From Tubulanus polymorphus (lineage: Eukaryota; Animalia; Nemertea): a DNA stretch of 64,000 nt. This document shows positions 21,161 through 33,993 of this stretch, in pieces. The stretch spans positions 15,624,110 through 15,688,109 of the forward strand of contig NC_134030.1 of NCBI RefSeq assembly GCF_964204645.1, read 5' to 3'. A model generated the notes under the pieces. The model worked only from the letters and a program-made list of their open reading frames with translations, was not told the DNA's origin and did no database searches. The position numbers were made by a program, and so were the translations under genes. Within the stretch, counting starts at the first letter, position 1, and each line of letters begins with the position of its first letter.

Positions 21161-24100
21161 AGGGTTTTCTGTTGCTTCACAGAAAACCCTATTGAAATTC
21201 GCGTGATTATTATTATTCTTTTTTTCCCTTTTCCACATAGTTTTTGTTAAAAGTGTAAAGGCTTCCTTACCTTAACGCTGTCGCCGATACAATCCGTATG
21301 ATATCCTTCAGGTCACTTCAACAGATACTGCATGGAAATTTTGATTAATCCACGTTATAAAGGCACTGTCGAGCCGTAAACATCGGAAATTTGGCCCCTT
21401 CAATTAGTAGCCATGTTGTGTTTTCTTTCCGAAATTTCTCTCTTCTTTATGAGGAAGAGCTATCGAATTATTCCCTCTCTTCTCCACAATCAATTTCAAA
21501 GTCAATTTTATGAATTTATTGCTCAGCGGGTCCGAGTCCAAGAGTTTACGAGTCCGGCGTTCGCGTGTCTGAGGTTTACGGGCATTTGTTTGTTACCACT
21601 TTAATATTTTTGATTTCTTGTTATTCCGGTTATTTCATTTAAGTATATTGCTGATCAGTTCATGTAACCAAAAGCGTCAATAAACAGATTTTGAATTGAT
21701 CAAGTTTAAATCAAGGTCGTTGAGTCGCGGAGGGCTGCTAGAATTACGTTCGTCTCAGAGTCAGGCATCAGACCACAATAAGGTTAGTAGCTCGAAGATG
21801 CGTAGGGCCGGACCCCAAAAATAGTACCTAGAGTGAAGAAGAGGTCCCCCATAAATGTTGCCATAATTTCTGCAAATGGGATAGGTAACGAATTTCGGTT
21901 ATATGTATGAAATCCATTGATCCTGAGAGACAGCTTGATGATGAAATAAGGGATTCCCTGGACTTTTTTTGCTTGGAGTAAGGGTACCAAACACGGTGGG
22001 GGATTCCCTTAGATATTTAGCTCGGATGTACTGGCATACCTGTACTGGGATACCCCTCCTTTCTAAAGGTTTGATTATTTCAAAAGTTAGGTTGGGTATG
22101 TGGGGCGAAAACCACTTCAATGCGTAGCTAAGATGCTGGCCTATGAGCCATAAGCAGGATTTCCCCTGAATTTACGCGCTTATATATGAACTAAACTCTC
22201 GAATTTCTTGTTTTTACTATAGGATATAGAAGATTTTGGAATAGTGGTCTGAGCTCTGACTCTCTCTGAGCCTACCGCAGTACGGGTATGTCTATAGGCC
22301 TATTATATAGTAGCTAATACCAGTAAGTACGTAGTTGTTACTCGTACGTAACTGTATGGTGATCTCCACAGGTTAACCGTACGTGAGTTCCCTACTAACG
22401 CCGTACGTGAGTTCCTCTAGTAGCCAATACGGTAAAAGTGCAGCTCCGCACCTCTCCGCGTAAATGGTTCAATCAATTACGTTAAATATCATTGTTTCAG
22501 ATTCAAAATGTCATCAGCAATTCAGTACATTGCCATTGGTTAATTTTAAGATATCTTCACTAGAGAGAGTAGAAAGATTTTAGCCAGGATTCTGTCATTC
22601 AGCAGATTGCGTCAATCACGAGAGGTGCGGATCTGCACTTTTACCGCCAATTACCATTTTTTTAAGTACGAAGTTGTTACCCGTACGTGCCAGTGACTGT
22701 ACGGTGATATCCACAGATTAACCGTACGTGAGTTCCCTAAAAAGGCCGTAAGTGAGTTCCTATAATCTGCAAACGTGCATGCGTGAAAGAATAGAGTTTG
22801 GGTTAGGTGAGGCTAGGCTATTTGTAAATCAAATTTCATCCACCCTGCAGTTACGTTCTGTGGCACAGTGGATAAATCACTGGACTGCAACTGGATTTTT
22901 TTTTCGTTTGGTTTCGAATCCCAATATTGCAAGTCTGAGCGTCAACATACTCACACACGGCTGACCTGTAGAAATCACCGTACCGTCACGTACAGGTAAC
23001 AACAGCGTTTTAAGTACCGGGTATTAAGTGAGTACGACAAGCCTACCATGCCTATGTACTACAAACACAACTTTTTCCCTCTCGTCGGCGGTCATCCTCC
23101 TACAATGATGTTACTATAACTGGTGCAATTATAACATGGATAGGATTTGGCCAGGACTAATCTAAAGTCTAATTCAGTCTATGTACTTATTCACTCCATA
23201 GGCCTATTTTTAAAACAGGAATATTCATTTATTACGTACGCATAAAATTTGATTATTTCAACCCCCTCTCCCTCTGTACGCAAAATCTGCCATTTTTTCA
23301 TGTACATTAAGCATTACAGTACATAATTGCCCTGACCCCTCCCCCTCCCCTAATCCGTACGTAATAAATGAATGATCCCACAATACAGTGAAGTATTCAC
23401 ACGCGCTAATTGATTTGAGCCATGTGATTAAATTTGGCCAGGCCTTCTCCGACCTGCTGACATTAATAGTCAATGTGGTCACGGCTTGTATACCAGAAAT
23501 CATTGTAGGCCTGTACATTTTGCTGTTCGTAGGTTTGGTATACCGATTTCTCCATTCTTGACTGATAAGTGTACGGTACAGCTGTACGCATTATACAATT
23601 GTTCCAATGGGAATAGGGCCTATTTGATTGGGCTTATTATTTCCTGCTTTAGAATACTGAAATAAACCTAATGTTCATTCAAATATCCAACATCGGTGAA
23701 AGTTTGATTACTGTATACATGTACTGTAGGTTTTCATGTTGTATGAATATTTTGCAGTTCAAATGGGTATGATGCTGATTCCAATGTCAAACGCATGAAG
23801 TTAGATGGTCAAGGACCGTCAACACCAAGATATCTCTCTTCGACCGATGTTGTACCATAGAAGATCTGATTCTTTTAACTCAAGGAATGTGATTCAACAC
23901 GATCGACAACACTGGAATAGGTTTGCAGTAACTAACGGTTCATTTCATTTAGTCCTATGTACTTTTTAGCCAATTTGGATTTGATTGTAGTTGAAACTCT
24001 GGAACTGTTAACAAAAGACAAGTAAGACAAGTTGAAAAAACACAAGTTATGCTTGATTGTCATGTTCAAATTTAATTCAAATTTATTTTATTACATCATA

Positions 24101-25344
24101 TTTACAAAGCATATCATTGGTTCATACAGCAATAAAAATTAGGGCAGAACAAATATTATTACAGAAACTCCAAAAAGGCAATGAATTTCTATAACTAAAT
24201 GAACATTATTTGCTATTGCGTTCACTTTTCGTCCGTCGTCCATCCGTCATCAGAAATCAGTAATTTTAGGAAGTTTTGAAGACGCTTCAATGTAATGTCT
24301 TGATATTTGGGTTACACATGTATCTACCCTAGACACATCTTCAGCCCAAAAACTGGCTGTCAGAATCAAGATGGCCGACTGGCAGCCAGTGTTATTCGCC
24401 AAAATCAACACTTTTTACACATTTTTGAACTTTTTGAGGGAAATTTTGAAGATGCTTTGATCAATTACCTTGATCTTTCGGATATATGTGAATGCCCCCT
24501 GGGCCCATCAGCATAACAAAAATTGGGATACGGACTCAAGATGGCCGTCCTATGACCTTTTTAGTGTCCAAAAATGTCAATTTTGGCCCGAATTCTGAGT
24601 TGGCAATTTCTCATTGCAGTTTGTGATGGGTATTCTTTGAAAAGGGATGTTTTATACCTTTGATACATGAATTGTTAGATTGTTGAGCATTTGGAACCAC
24701 TTCCCAAGTGGGCATGGTGTCCCTGGACCCCTAGTTCTAATAACTCAAGATCAAGAGTGACTCTCCCGTTTATTAGGAAACACACGCAACTTGTGGAATA
24801 GGTTTGATTTACACACATGTTGCAGGTATCAATTGTTTATCACTATAGAATTTGTAATCCATAAAAGCCAAAATCAACATCAGCCGGAAACCCAGACCAA
24901 ATCAATTCATAATTTATTGATTGAATCTACACTACAATATATGTATTTATTCAAATATTTAAATAAAAACATTAACTTCTTAAATCTATTCTAAATCATA
25001 ATACGTTCTTATCTGTGAATTCAATCAATCTATCGGCTCAGCATGTGCTTAAGATGAGTTCTTAATAGGACAGATCCATTTTTAAGGATGCTGATAATAC
25101 AGTATCATGATGTTTGAATGCCAAAATAAATGCCTGGTCAAATATATTAATATTTGTGATTGTACGTCCGCGTATGTTCAGTTTCAAAGCTGAATCATAT
25201 TTGACGTTTACACAGTGGTTGCATATTAGGTTCGAATCTGTTAATGCATTTTATTCTATGTATCAATATTTCAATTTACTACAATTCCCATCATTCTGAA
25301 TGGCTTTACAGAAAACCCGTCATCGCTGCTTTGCAGCTATATTT
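21161..25344 (+). mobile_element. Non-autonomous Helentron-type (HINE/DINE-like) element with nested MITEs
   Basis: 5' AGGGTTTTCTG..CAGAAAACCCT hairpin plus (ATT)n; 3' CAGAAAACCC plus GCTGC-TTT-GCAGC stem-loop; inserted in a T-run without TSD. Confidence 0.7.
23219..23379. mobile_element. Short MITE
   Basis: TIR-like ATTCATTTATTACGTACG / CGTACGTAATAAATGAAT. Confidence 0.55.
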
Positions 25345-25907
25345 TTAGTTAATTTTTGTTCTGATTCATTTTCTGTTTCACCGTTTGGTTGTAGTACATC
25401 TGTTTCGTTCTTACCTGATTTATATTCCATAGGTTTGATATTCGAAAATGTTATGACACCAGTAGAAATTAATGTCATAACCGATCCTAATTGGAATGAA
25501 GCATATCCAACCCATTTTTGTAATTCAGTCATAACTAAATAGTCATTTTTCAAATCAGTATATAATTTATTTTCATCATCAATTGATATCAACTGGTTAC
25601 ATAACTTAGAATAACATTTGACAATACCATCTGAAATAGAATCATTTATTCTAGCTAATCTAGCTTCTTCATAAATCTTAAAATATTTTATTACTTGATA
25701 TGGTTTCATAGCATCTAATTCTTGAAAAGTAATAGTCTTAGTTAAAAATTGTTTACACTTCCCGCTAGCAATTAGTAATTCAAGATGGTGTTTACAATAT
25801 AAATAGTATTCATATATATCAATATCAATATCCTTATTATCACTAATGCCCAAATCATCTAATGTTTTTTCAATATCAATACTATTCTTACTCGATTTCT
25901 TTGACAT
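25345..25907 (-). CDS. Homolog of the 201-aa protein (3' end clipped by HINE)
   Basis: High similarity to 12704-13309. Confidence 0.8.
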
Positions 25908-26985
25908 TTATATTAGAGAAAAAAGCGAAAAAAACATTATAAGTATTATAAAATGATATTAGTATCTCTTTGGGTTAATACTAAATTGACAAGGTTAGTT
26001 AAAGTTAAAGAATTTCTGTTCAAATCTATTCAAAATCTATTCAATCTAATGTCAATTAGAATTACCAAAAGAAAATATTAAAAATATAATAGAATTCACT
26101 AGCTAGTTGAAGTTATTGTTTTTTAAATACTTTTTATTTAAATTAGGATTTAATATCTCACTACTATTGTCTATCTATAGGAGCGGTAACTATAACTGTC
26201 CAGATAAGTCATTTCGGATTCTCGATATTAAATCCTCAAACTGAAAATAAATTCAAAGAAACGACTGGTGGAAATATTATTTCATAAACAAATATATTTA
26301 TTATGTAAATTTTAGCGATCGATAATAGAACAATGGAGAACAATAGAAAAGCGCTCCAATCGGACCGGTTATTGCGCAATACACAGTTATATTTTTATTC
26401 TGTAAACTACAACATTCAAACATAGAACTGTAACCAATCAATATTGAGCAGCTGTTTCCGTCAACAACGATCGATAATAGAACAATGGAGAACAATAGAA
26501 AAGCGGTCCAATCGGAAAGGTTATTGCGCAATACTTAGTTAACAGTAAACAATACAATATTAAAACATATATATATATACAATCGAGATTACATTTTTGA
26601 AGTCTATATTACAAAGACCTTCAGTGTTATAATTTATAATTTTGTCCAGAATTCTTTAATTACTGGATTGTTTCCAATCATTTCTTCAATTTCTGGTAAA
26701 TATCTGCCTACTTCTCTAAATGCTAATCCTAATATTTTGAATTTTTCATATCTTATTAACATACCTACTCTTCTCAGTTTTCTATCAAAGCCGGCACTGA
26801 TGTCTATGTTCTTTTTAACCCACACCCCCCAAGAAATCCCCGCAGTTTCTTTATCAAACATTGTAAACCCTATATTTAGATAACCCCCGAAAATGATGTG
26901 GTCCCATAGGTGATTTGCTTTTCTATAGTATAGTGATTTGCTATGTATTATAGACATACAAAGCTCAAATAGAATTGCCGGTTCT

Positions 26986-27654
26986 CTAACCACTGATTAA
27001 AACCTCAGAATGCGGTTGATTCTGTGAAATACTATTCCATAATTCAACAAATGTCTTTGCTTTAACCAGTTGATCTAAATATAACTGTAAATCTAGTTTA
27101 TTAGATTTAATTATGTTTTCCTTCTTTTCTAAAGGCCTTAAATTTCTCCAGCTCCAGATTAGCTTCTTATTATAATCATCACTCATGTCAAATTTAGAAA
27201 TCGGCAACACGTGATCAATATCAAAGTATTCACCATAATTATCTATATTCATTTTATCATTAAACTGATATATTATCCATGATTTTAAGAATTCATCTGA
27301 ACAACCCAATAAATTAGATAGTGTTTCTGAATGCGTTTCTTTGTTGAATAATTGTGTTAATCTAGATCTTAAACATTGTTTCAATCTAAAATTAAGATCT
27401 GTTTTATATCTTCCTCTCATATATTCTGTCATATAATCATTATAAGCTTCTTTATTATCTTCTCGATATTGTTTGGTATATAGTTTAATACAAGTTTTAC
27501 AGCAATATTGAAAACCATCTTTGCTAATCTTACGCTTACTAAATTCTGTTAAAGCTAATTTATCTAATTCACATTTAGAACACTTCTTGTAGTATATATT
27601 TATGACACCAGTGTTATTTGTAATATTGATAGTTTGTGGTTGTTCTGATTCCAT
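26986..27654 (-). CDS. HNH endonuclease (element B)
   Basis: Homolog of 13559-14221; DIDHVLP, NLRPL. Confidence 0.85.
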   Translation of the reverse strand: MESEQPQTINITNNTGVINIYYKKCSKCELDKLALTEFSKRKISKDGFQYCCKTCIKLYTKQYREDNKEAYNDYMTEYMRGRYKTDLNFRLKQCLRSRLTQLFNKETHSETLSNLLGCSDEFLKSWIIYQFNDKMNIDNYGEYFDIDHVLPISKFDMSDDYNKKLIWSWRNLRPLEKKENIIKSNKLDLQLYLDQLVKAKTFVELWNSISQNQPHSEVLISG

Positions 27655-27932
27655 TTTAATATCAAATTTTTTTACTAAATTGATATTAGAAGTTATTCAT
27701 TTATATGTTATTCATGATTTAAATATGAATTATTTCAATCACACTTTACTAACACTTTTAATGTTTAAAGATCTAACTCATACAAATATAAATATTGAAA
27801 TAATGTTTAAAATATATCTATCTATCTATTTATAATGTTTCGTCCTCCATCCTCTGATCTGAAACCCCACTTTTCCTATTACTTTTATATGTTATTCATA
27901 TATATTTTATTCATGTATATGAATATTTTAAG

Positions 27933-28118
27933 AGTAATAGGGATAATGGGCTTTCAAGCTAAAGGTTGAGAAATTTCACAAATATGAAAATAACAATAAT
28001 TTCTAGTTGAATTAGGAGTGTGCGCGACTAATTCAACTAGAAATTATTGTTATTTTCATATTTGGAAAATTTCTCGACCTCTCGACCTTTGGCTTGAAAG
28101 CCTATTATCCCTATTACT
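27933..28118. repeat. 186-bp terminal palindrome made of two head-to-head copies of the element terminus; loop GAGTGTGCGCGA
   Basis: Arms 27933-28015 and 28028-28118. Confidence 0.9.
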
Positions 28119-29229
28119 TACTCTTAGTTTCGCCTACTCGATGAGACGCCATTTTAACCCGGAAGTAACTCGATACTGACATGTTTGACATGCATCGAAA
28201 ATGTAAAATGGAGGATGGGATCAACCGGTCTCTAACTGAAGGTAGAGACCGGCAACCAGTCTACGAGTCCGACAGGTTAAAAGGTATTTGTTTGTTGTTA
28301 CCTCTTTTATATTATTGATTTCCTGTTATTCCGGTTATTTTATTTAAATATATTGCTGATCTGTTCATGTAAACAAAAGCGCCAATAAATACACTTTTAA
28401 TTGATCAAGTTTGAATCAAGGTCGTTGAGTCGCGGGTGGCTACTAGAATGACGTTCGACTACATTCAGAGAAAACAGAAACAATAGAAAAGTATCGGGTG
28501 ATTATTGATAGCCTACTACTACGGAACACACAGACAGTTGACAAACAGTGTTAGGCCTGTGTCGGTTCGTGCGTACTGGGACTAAAATATACTGGTTGGT
28601 CAGAGTTGGTTCGGTTGTGAGGAGAAGTGTGGAAACTAAGAAACCTACCGGTATTTATTTGTCTATAGGCCTATTATAGTAGCCAATACCATTTCAAGTA
28701 CGAAGATGTTACCCATACGTGATTGTACGGTGATCTCCACAGGTTAGCCGTACGTGAGTTTCCTCTGCGCATGCGTCATTAAGCTACGTGTACGGGCATG
28801 CATCAAAGAATAGGAATCGGGTAGGGTTAGGTGAGGATATATGTAAATTAATTTATCAACCCCGCAGTTGATAAATGTGGCTCAGTGGGTAAATCACTGG
28901 ACTACCGTCGGATTTTATTTCATTTGGTTTCGAATCCCAATATTACAAGTCAGAATTCTACTGCATTGCGCATGCGTCAACATACTTATATAGGCTAATC
29001 GTGAAAATTACTGTACATTCATGTAGGGGTACTAACAGCATTTTAAGTATTGAGTGAGCTACCATGTACTACAAATACAACTTGTTCACTCTCGTTGGCC
29101 CTACACTGATGTAACTATACTGGTGTCATTATAACATGGATAGGATTGGGTCAGGACTAGCCTAAAATGTAATCTAATTTATTATATTCACTTTTCACTC
29201 GATATTATTAAAACAATGCAGTATGCCTA

Positions 29230-29655
29230 AAGGTAGGGGCAGGCGTATTTTTTCGTCCGATCGCGGCGAATTTATAAATCGCCCGAAAAATTCGCTCGTG
29301 TGGCCACTCACGGCGACAACGATTTCGTCGGCCGACTCGATCGCCCGTATCATACATGTATAATATTTTTCGGCCGATTATTTACGCCGGCGATCGGATC
29401 GCCCGCAAATTCGCTCGTCTGCCCGCACTCAGCGAATTCCGCCGAGCGATCCATTTTTATCAACCAATATGATGAATTGTTGATATCATGTGAGTTGTTA
29501 ACTCTCTTCCACTAAGTACCGGTCGCTGACCGAATTTCGGTTTCATCGCTACGTGTGCCCACTCGTATCGGGCGTATAAATGTGGCGGCGAATTCACTGG
29601 CGAATTTAATCGTCGCGACCGGGCGAAAAAAATACGCTCGTGTGTCCCCTACCTT
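29230..29655. mobile_element. GC-rich MITE nested in HINE
   Basis: AAGGTAGGGG...CCCCTACCTT termini with internal inverted blocks. Confidence 0.6.
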
Positions 29656-29719
29656 AAAGTATTCGCACACAGAAAGGCTAATTGAGGCATGTGATTAAAT
29701 TTTGCTCAGGCCTTGTCTG

Positions 29720-29854
29720 CAGGGCCCAGTTTCACGAAAAAGTTTAAGCCTAAAACTGTTTAGTTTGAATTGTTGTCCTCATTGAAAACATGAAGTAACC
29801 AATGGCAATTACACCAAAAATTTGAGTTTAATTTTTTCATGAAACCGGGCCCTG
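29720..29854. mobile_element. Short MITE
   Basis: CAGGGCCCAGTTTCACGAAAAA / TTTTTCATGAAACCGGGCCCTG. Confidence 0.6.
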
Positions 29855-32706
29855 ACCTGACATTTATAGTCAAACCTAGATCCAAAACGTTCATGTGATC
29901 ACGGCGTGTATACAAGTAAACAAGAAACCATTATGTAGGCCTGTACATTTTGCTGTACGAAGGTTTGGTATACCGATTTCTCCAATCTCGACAGATGGGT
30001 GTACGTTACAGCTGAACGCATTATACCGATGGGAATAGGGCCTATTGATTGGGCTTATTATTTCCTGCTTTAGAATATTGAAATAAGCCAATGTTCATTC
30101 AAATATCCAACATCGGTGTAAGTTTGAATACTGTAGACATGTATAGGCCTATAGGTTTTCATGTTCTATGAATATTTTGCAATTCATGGGTATATGCTGA
30201 TGTCAAACACATGAAGATAAATGGTCAAGGGCAGTCAGTCAACACCAACTCTCTTCGACCGATGTTGCATCATACCATATACGGTCTGATTCTTTCAACT
30301 CAAGCAAAGCGATTAACACGATCGACATAACACTGGAATAGTTTGCAGTTGACTAACAGTTTATTAACTAGTGGAATAGGTTTGATATTTACGCAAGTGT
30401 TGCAAGGTTTAAACTGTTATCAGTATAGAATTAGTAATCCAAAGCCAAAATCAACATCGGCCCGATACCCAGACCAAAGCAATTCATAATCTATCGATTG
30501 AATCTACAATACAATATATGTATTTATTCAAATATTTCAATAAAAAGATTAATTCCTTGAAATCTATTCCAAATCTTTATACGTTACTATATCAGTAAAT
30601 GTATTCAACACCTATTGACTCAGCCGATTCTTAAGATGAGTTTCTTAATAGAACAGATCCATTTTTAAGCGTGGTGATACAAAAAAAAATGCTTGGTCTA
30701 ATCAATTCACATTTATCGATTTTACGTCCACGTAAGTTCGGTCTCAAAGCTAAACCACATTGGACGTTTACACAGTGGTTGTATATTAGGTTCGAATCTG
30801 TCAATACATTTTTCATGTATCGGCATTTAAATTTTCAATAATTCCTATCAACCTGAATGGCATGGTGCGGATTTGCAGAAAACCGGTTATCGCTGCTTTG
30901 CAGCTATATTTTATGTTATTATTGGCCAATCATATATCCCGTTTTATTTTAGCCAACGTTACGAACGGTTCTATCCCAGGGTACTATTGTGGAGACTTTC
31001 AGGACATATATTATTTTGCTTTCATGAATTATATCAACAAGCTTTCAGGGAACATATTAGTAGGTTTCAGTTATCAGCGGTTATACTATACTAACAAGTA
31101 ATGTACGGAGCCTGGTGTTCATGGCCAGAGTTGCAGTTGCCAGGCAACCTGCGTGGATACGTATGTCATATATAAACATAAATAGAAGTAATATAAATAA
31201 ACAAATCTGGAAGTGACGTATGCGTCTACGTATGTTAACCTAATATGGTGCGGCCAAGAGCTCTGATTAGTGCAAAAAGATATTTCTAGATGTGACGTGT
31301 GCAGATACGTCACCAACCATACATGGATTGGGGGAATGTTGTGACGTATGAATACGTCATATGTGCGTAACGCAAAAATAATATAATAAAGGACCAATGG
31401 TCCAGTGGCTCGCCAAACTGGTGTCAAGTAAAATATCTGTCACGTAGGCTACCGATATGCAAAAAATCATTTCATTGAAAATTTAACCCAAAAAAATATA
31501 TATAAAAAAGGACTCAATTTTGGTCAGTGTGAACTTAAAATGATCGATAACTGACTTTTAACGAGAATGAAATTTTTGAAAAATTGATAATAGGCCTTTT
31601 GTCTGAACAAATGTTCATAATTGTAATACGGCCCTTGAATGATGTAAAATAACTAAAACTATGAGTGGCCCGATAAGATACGGTACGAACTTGGTGAGAG
31701 CCTGGATTTCATCGGAGGTTTTTTCATTTTTATCATACGGACCAACCAGGACAGAAGCTGCCAAGTTCTTAAAATTTGATGCCAGTCAGTGCCGGTTACT
31801 GACGTAAACAAGTTTATCGACTGACATGATTTTTAATAATTTCACGATAGGATTGCTTTAAGTAGCTTACATACTCAAACAAATGGTTGTTACGCGCGAC
31901 CTACACCGTGGCGCGCGTACTCTATAACTGAAACATACACGCAGTGGACACGAGACTATAAGGCTATGTTTGTTTTCAACGCGAACGCTCCACTGTGCCG
32001 CAGTTAACAAACTAATACAAATAATCAGGCTCCAAAACGGATCGCTAATGCGAACGTTGATAAAATGACTTCAATTCATGATGATAAAGCAAGTATTCCA
32101 GTCGTTTTGATATCAGACTCATCTCTAAAAATTCGATGCTATCAGTAAATCAGCCGTGTGGCGAACACGGAAGAAAATTTCCGCATTTTGAAACCACATT
32201 TCGTCGGATATCTTGATTCAACGTTACCTTATGCACGGGATATCAAAACTAGATGAATCATTGAACACATCGCACGTAATAAATCGTTATATCATACGCC
32301 TTGAATATCAGTATTCGCGCTATAAATGATGAATTTCAATCCTGCCGCCATTTTGTTTGTGAAATAACGCGCACCAGCTGATCCATCTCGTTCAATATGT
32401 TATGACGTCATGATGGAAGTCAAAACCGGGTCAACACAAATTTTATAGAACCAAGATTTTGAGGGGTTTCGTCTTTGAAAGCCCATAACTACCGATCCAA
32501 GCGTCGGATCTTTGCGATATAAAGTTCTCCCGACGCAAATAGCATTGAATTTTCACATGTGTTATTTTGGACAGTAAAGATGAGTACTATTACTTCTACA
32601 GAGCTCCAGAGTGATTGTATAAGTAATTAGAAAATCAGGGTTTCATACCAGAGGTCGAGAGGTCGGCACATCACTCATCACCACTCATAATTTTTTTCCT
32701 TATATA

Positions 32707-32875
32707 TGGGAGACAGAAAAGCATTCTAAGCGACAATAAATAACAGAATAAAACCAGCAAAAAACAATTTGAAATAAAAACGTTAGTCGATGTTACAAAA
32801 GAAATTGAACATAAAATATTAAAATTAGAAAAGATAAAAACTAAATATGGAGAGAAAATATCGGCAAAGTACAAA
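32707..32875 (+). pseudogene. Degenerate homolog of the putative OB-fold gene
   Basis: KTLVDVTKEIEHKILKLEKIKTKYGEKI resembles KKLTELTIHKKYLITNIVTVTNKYGDKL. Confidence 0.4.
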
Positions 32876-32969
32876 ATAAAACTAAGTTTTAATTTTAGAA
32901 ATGTTTTTTTTTTGCTTTTTTCCTAAAATAATCAAACTTTTTAATATAAAATGATAAAATTTGAAACAT

Positions 32970-33305
32970 GAAAAGTGTGAGTGAAGTGTGAGTAAAATGC
33001 TTTAGATTTTTCAATATTAAAAGTGTGAGTAAAAATAATTTAGATTTTAAGATATTAAAAGTGTGAGTAAAGTGTGAGTGAAATGATTTAGATTTTCAAT
33101 ATTAAAAGTGTGAGCAAAATAATTTAGATTTTAACTATAAAGTATAGTAAAATAGCTGAATCTTTGATTAAAAAGGAAAATAATTTAGATTCTTCAATGT
33201 TAAAAGTGTTAGTAAAGTTTGAGTAAAATGATTTGGATTTTTAACATTAAATATAGTAAAGTAGTTAAAATTTTAATCAAAAAGTAATTTAGATTTTTCA
33301 ATATA
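32970..33305. repeat. Degenerate ~40-bp subterminal repeats (AAAAGTGTGAGTAAA...ATTTAGATTTT)
   Basis: Seen directly; core motif also at 16097-16118, 27738-27760, 59911-59932. Confidence 0.8.
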
Positions 33306-33348
33306 AATAATCTAGAAAATTCATTTTAATAGAAATTTTGTTATAAAA

Positions 33349-33993
33349 ATGAAAGAAGAACCCAAATTCAAAATCGAAATCAATGGATCTAATAACTTAT
33401 TTTCATTATTTAACATTAAAAATTATATCTCAGCAACAAATTTAGTGTATCGAAGACAATATAAAATTGATAATATTACTATGATTAATCAAATATTATC
33501 AAATGAAGCATATTTGATTACTGAACTTATAGATACTTTAGATAATGGCGCCAAAAACCCTAAAATATTCAATACAGTTTTAGATTATAAAGGAAATTTA
33601 GATGAAAAAATTATAAATATTCTTGAAATTCCTTTCAATAAAAGAAATGATGATTTAACACTTTCTAAAGGTTACAATGATAAAGACTTAAGAATTGAAA
33701 AACGACAATTATATCATTTTAATTTTGATAATAAACAAATTATCTATAATGAAAATTCATTAAATATTGGTATTCAATGTGAATCAGTTAATAATAATTC
33801 TCATAAAGATATTGGAATTCAATGTAATTTAGATGATGAATTTAGAAAATTCAATTCTAATGAAAAAATTCATTGTTATTGCGGAGGTAAATATTTAAAA
33901 TCACATAAATCAAAGCATTATCAAACAATTAAAGGTAGAAACTGTGAAAAGAGTAATAATTCTACATTGAAAATCAATAAAGTAGTCAAATAG
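33349..33993 (+). CDS. Zinc-finger hypothetical protein (element C)
   Basis: Homolog of 15402-16023. Confidence 0.8.
   Translation: MKEEPKFKIEINGSNNLFSLFNIKNYISATNLVYRRQYKIDNITMINQILSNEAYLITELIDTLDNGAKNPKIFNTVLDYKGNLDEKIINILEIPFNKRNDDLTLSKGYNDKDLRIEKRQLYHFNFDNKQIIYNENSLNIGIQCESVNNNSHKDIGIQCNLDDEFRKFNSNEKIHCYCGGKYLKSHKSKHYQTIKGRNCEKSNNSTLKINKVVK

Larger units (their letters stand above)
16290..28118 (+). mobile_element. Polinton-like element B, decayed, interrupted by a MITE and a HINE; right terminus at 28118
   Basis: Same gene order as A from coiled-coil gene to HNH; sequence either side of 21161-25344 is contiguous with A (CATTTATT|TTAGTTAATTTTTG). Confidence 0.85.
28119..30912 (+). mobile_element. 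Second HINE-family copy (3' portion) flanking element B
   Basis: Colinear similarity with 21580-25340; same 3' CAGAAAACC..GCTGCTTTGCAGCTATATTT end. Confidence 0.7.

Noticed and set aside
22857-22925. Functional tRNA gene
   Set aside because: A/B boxes present but no convincing cloverleaf; lies within a repeat
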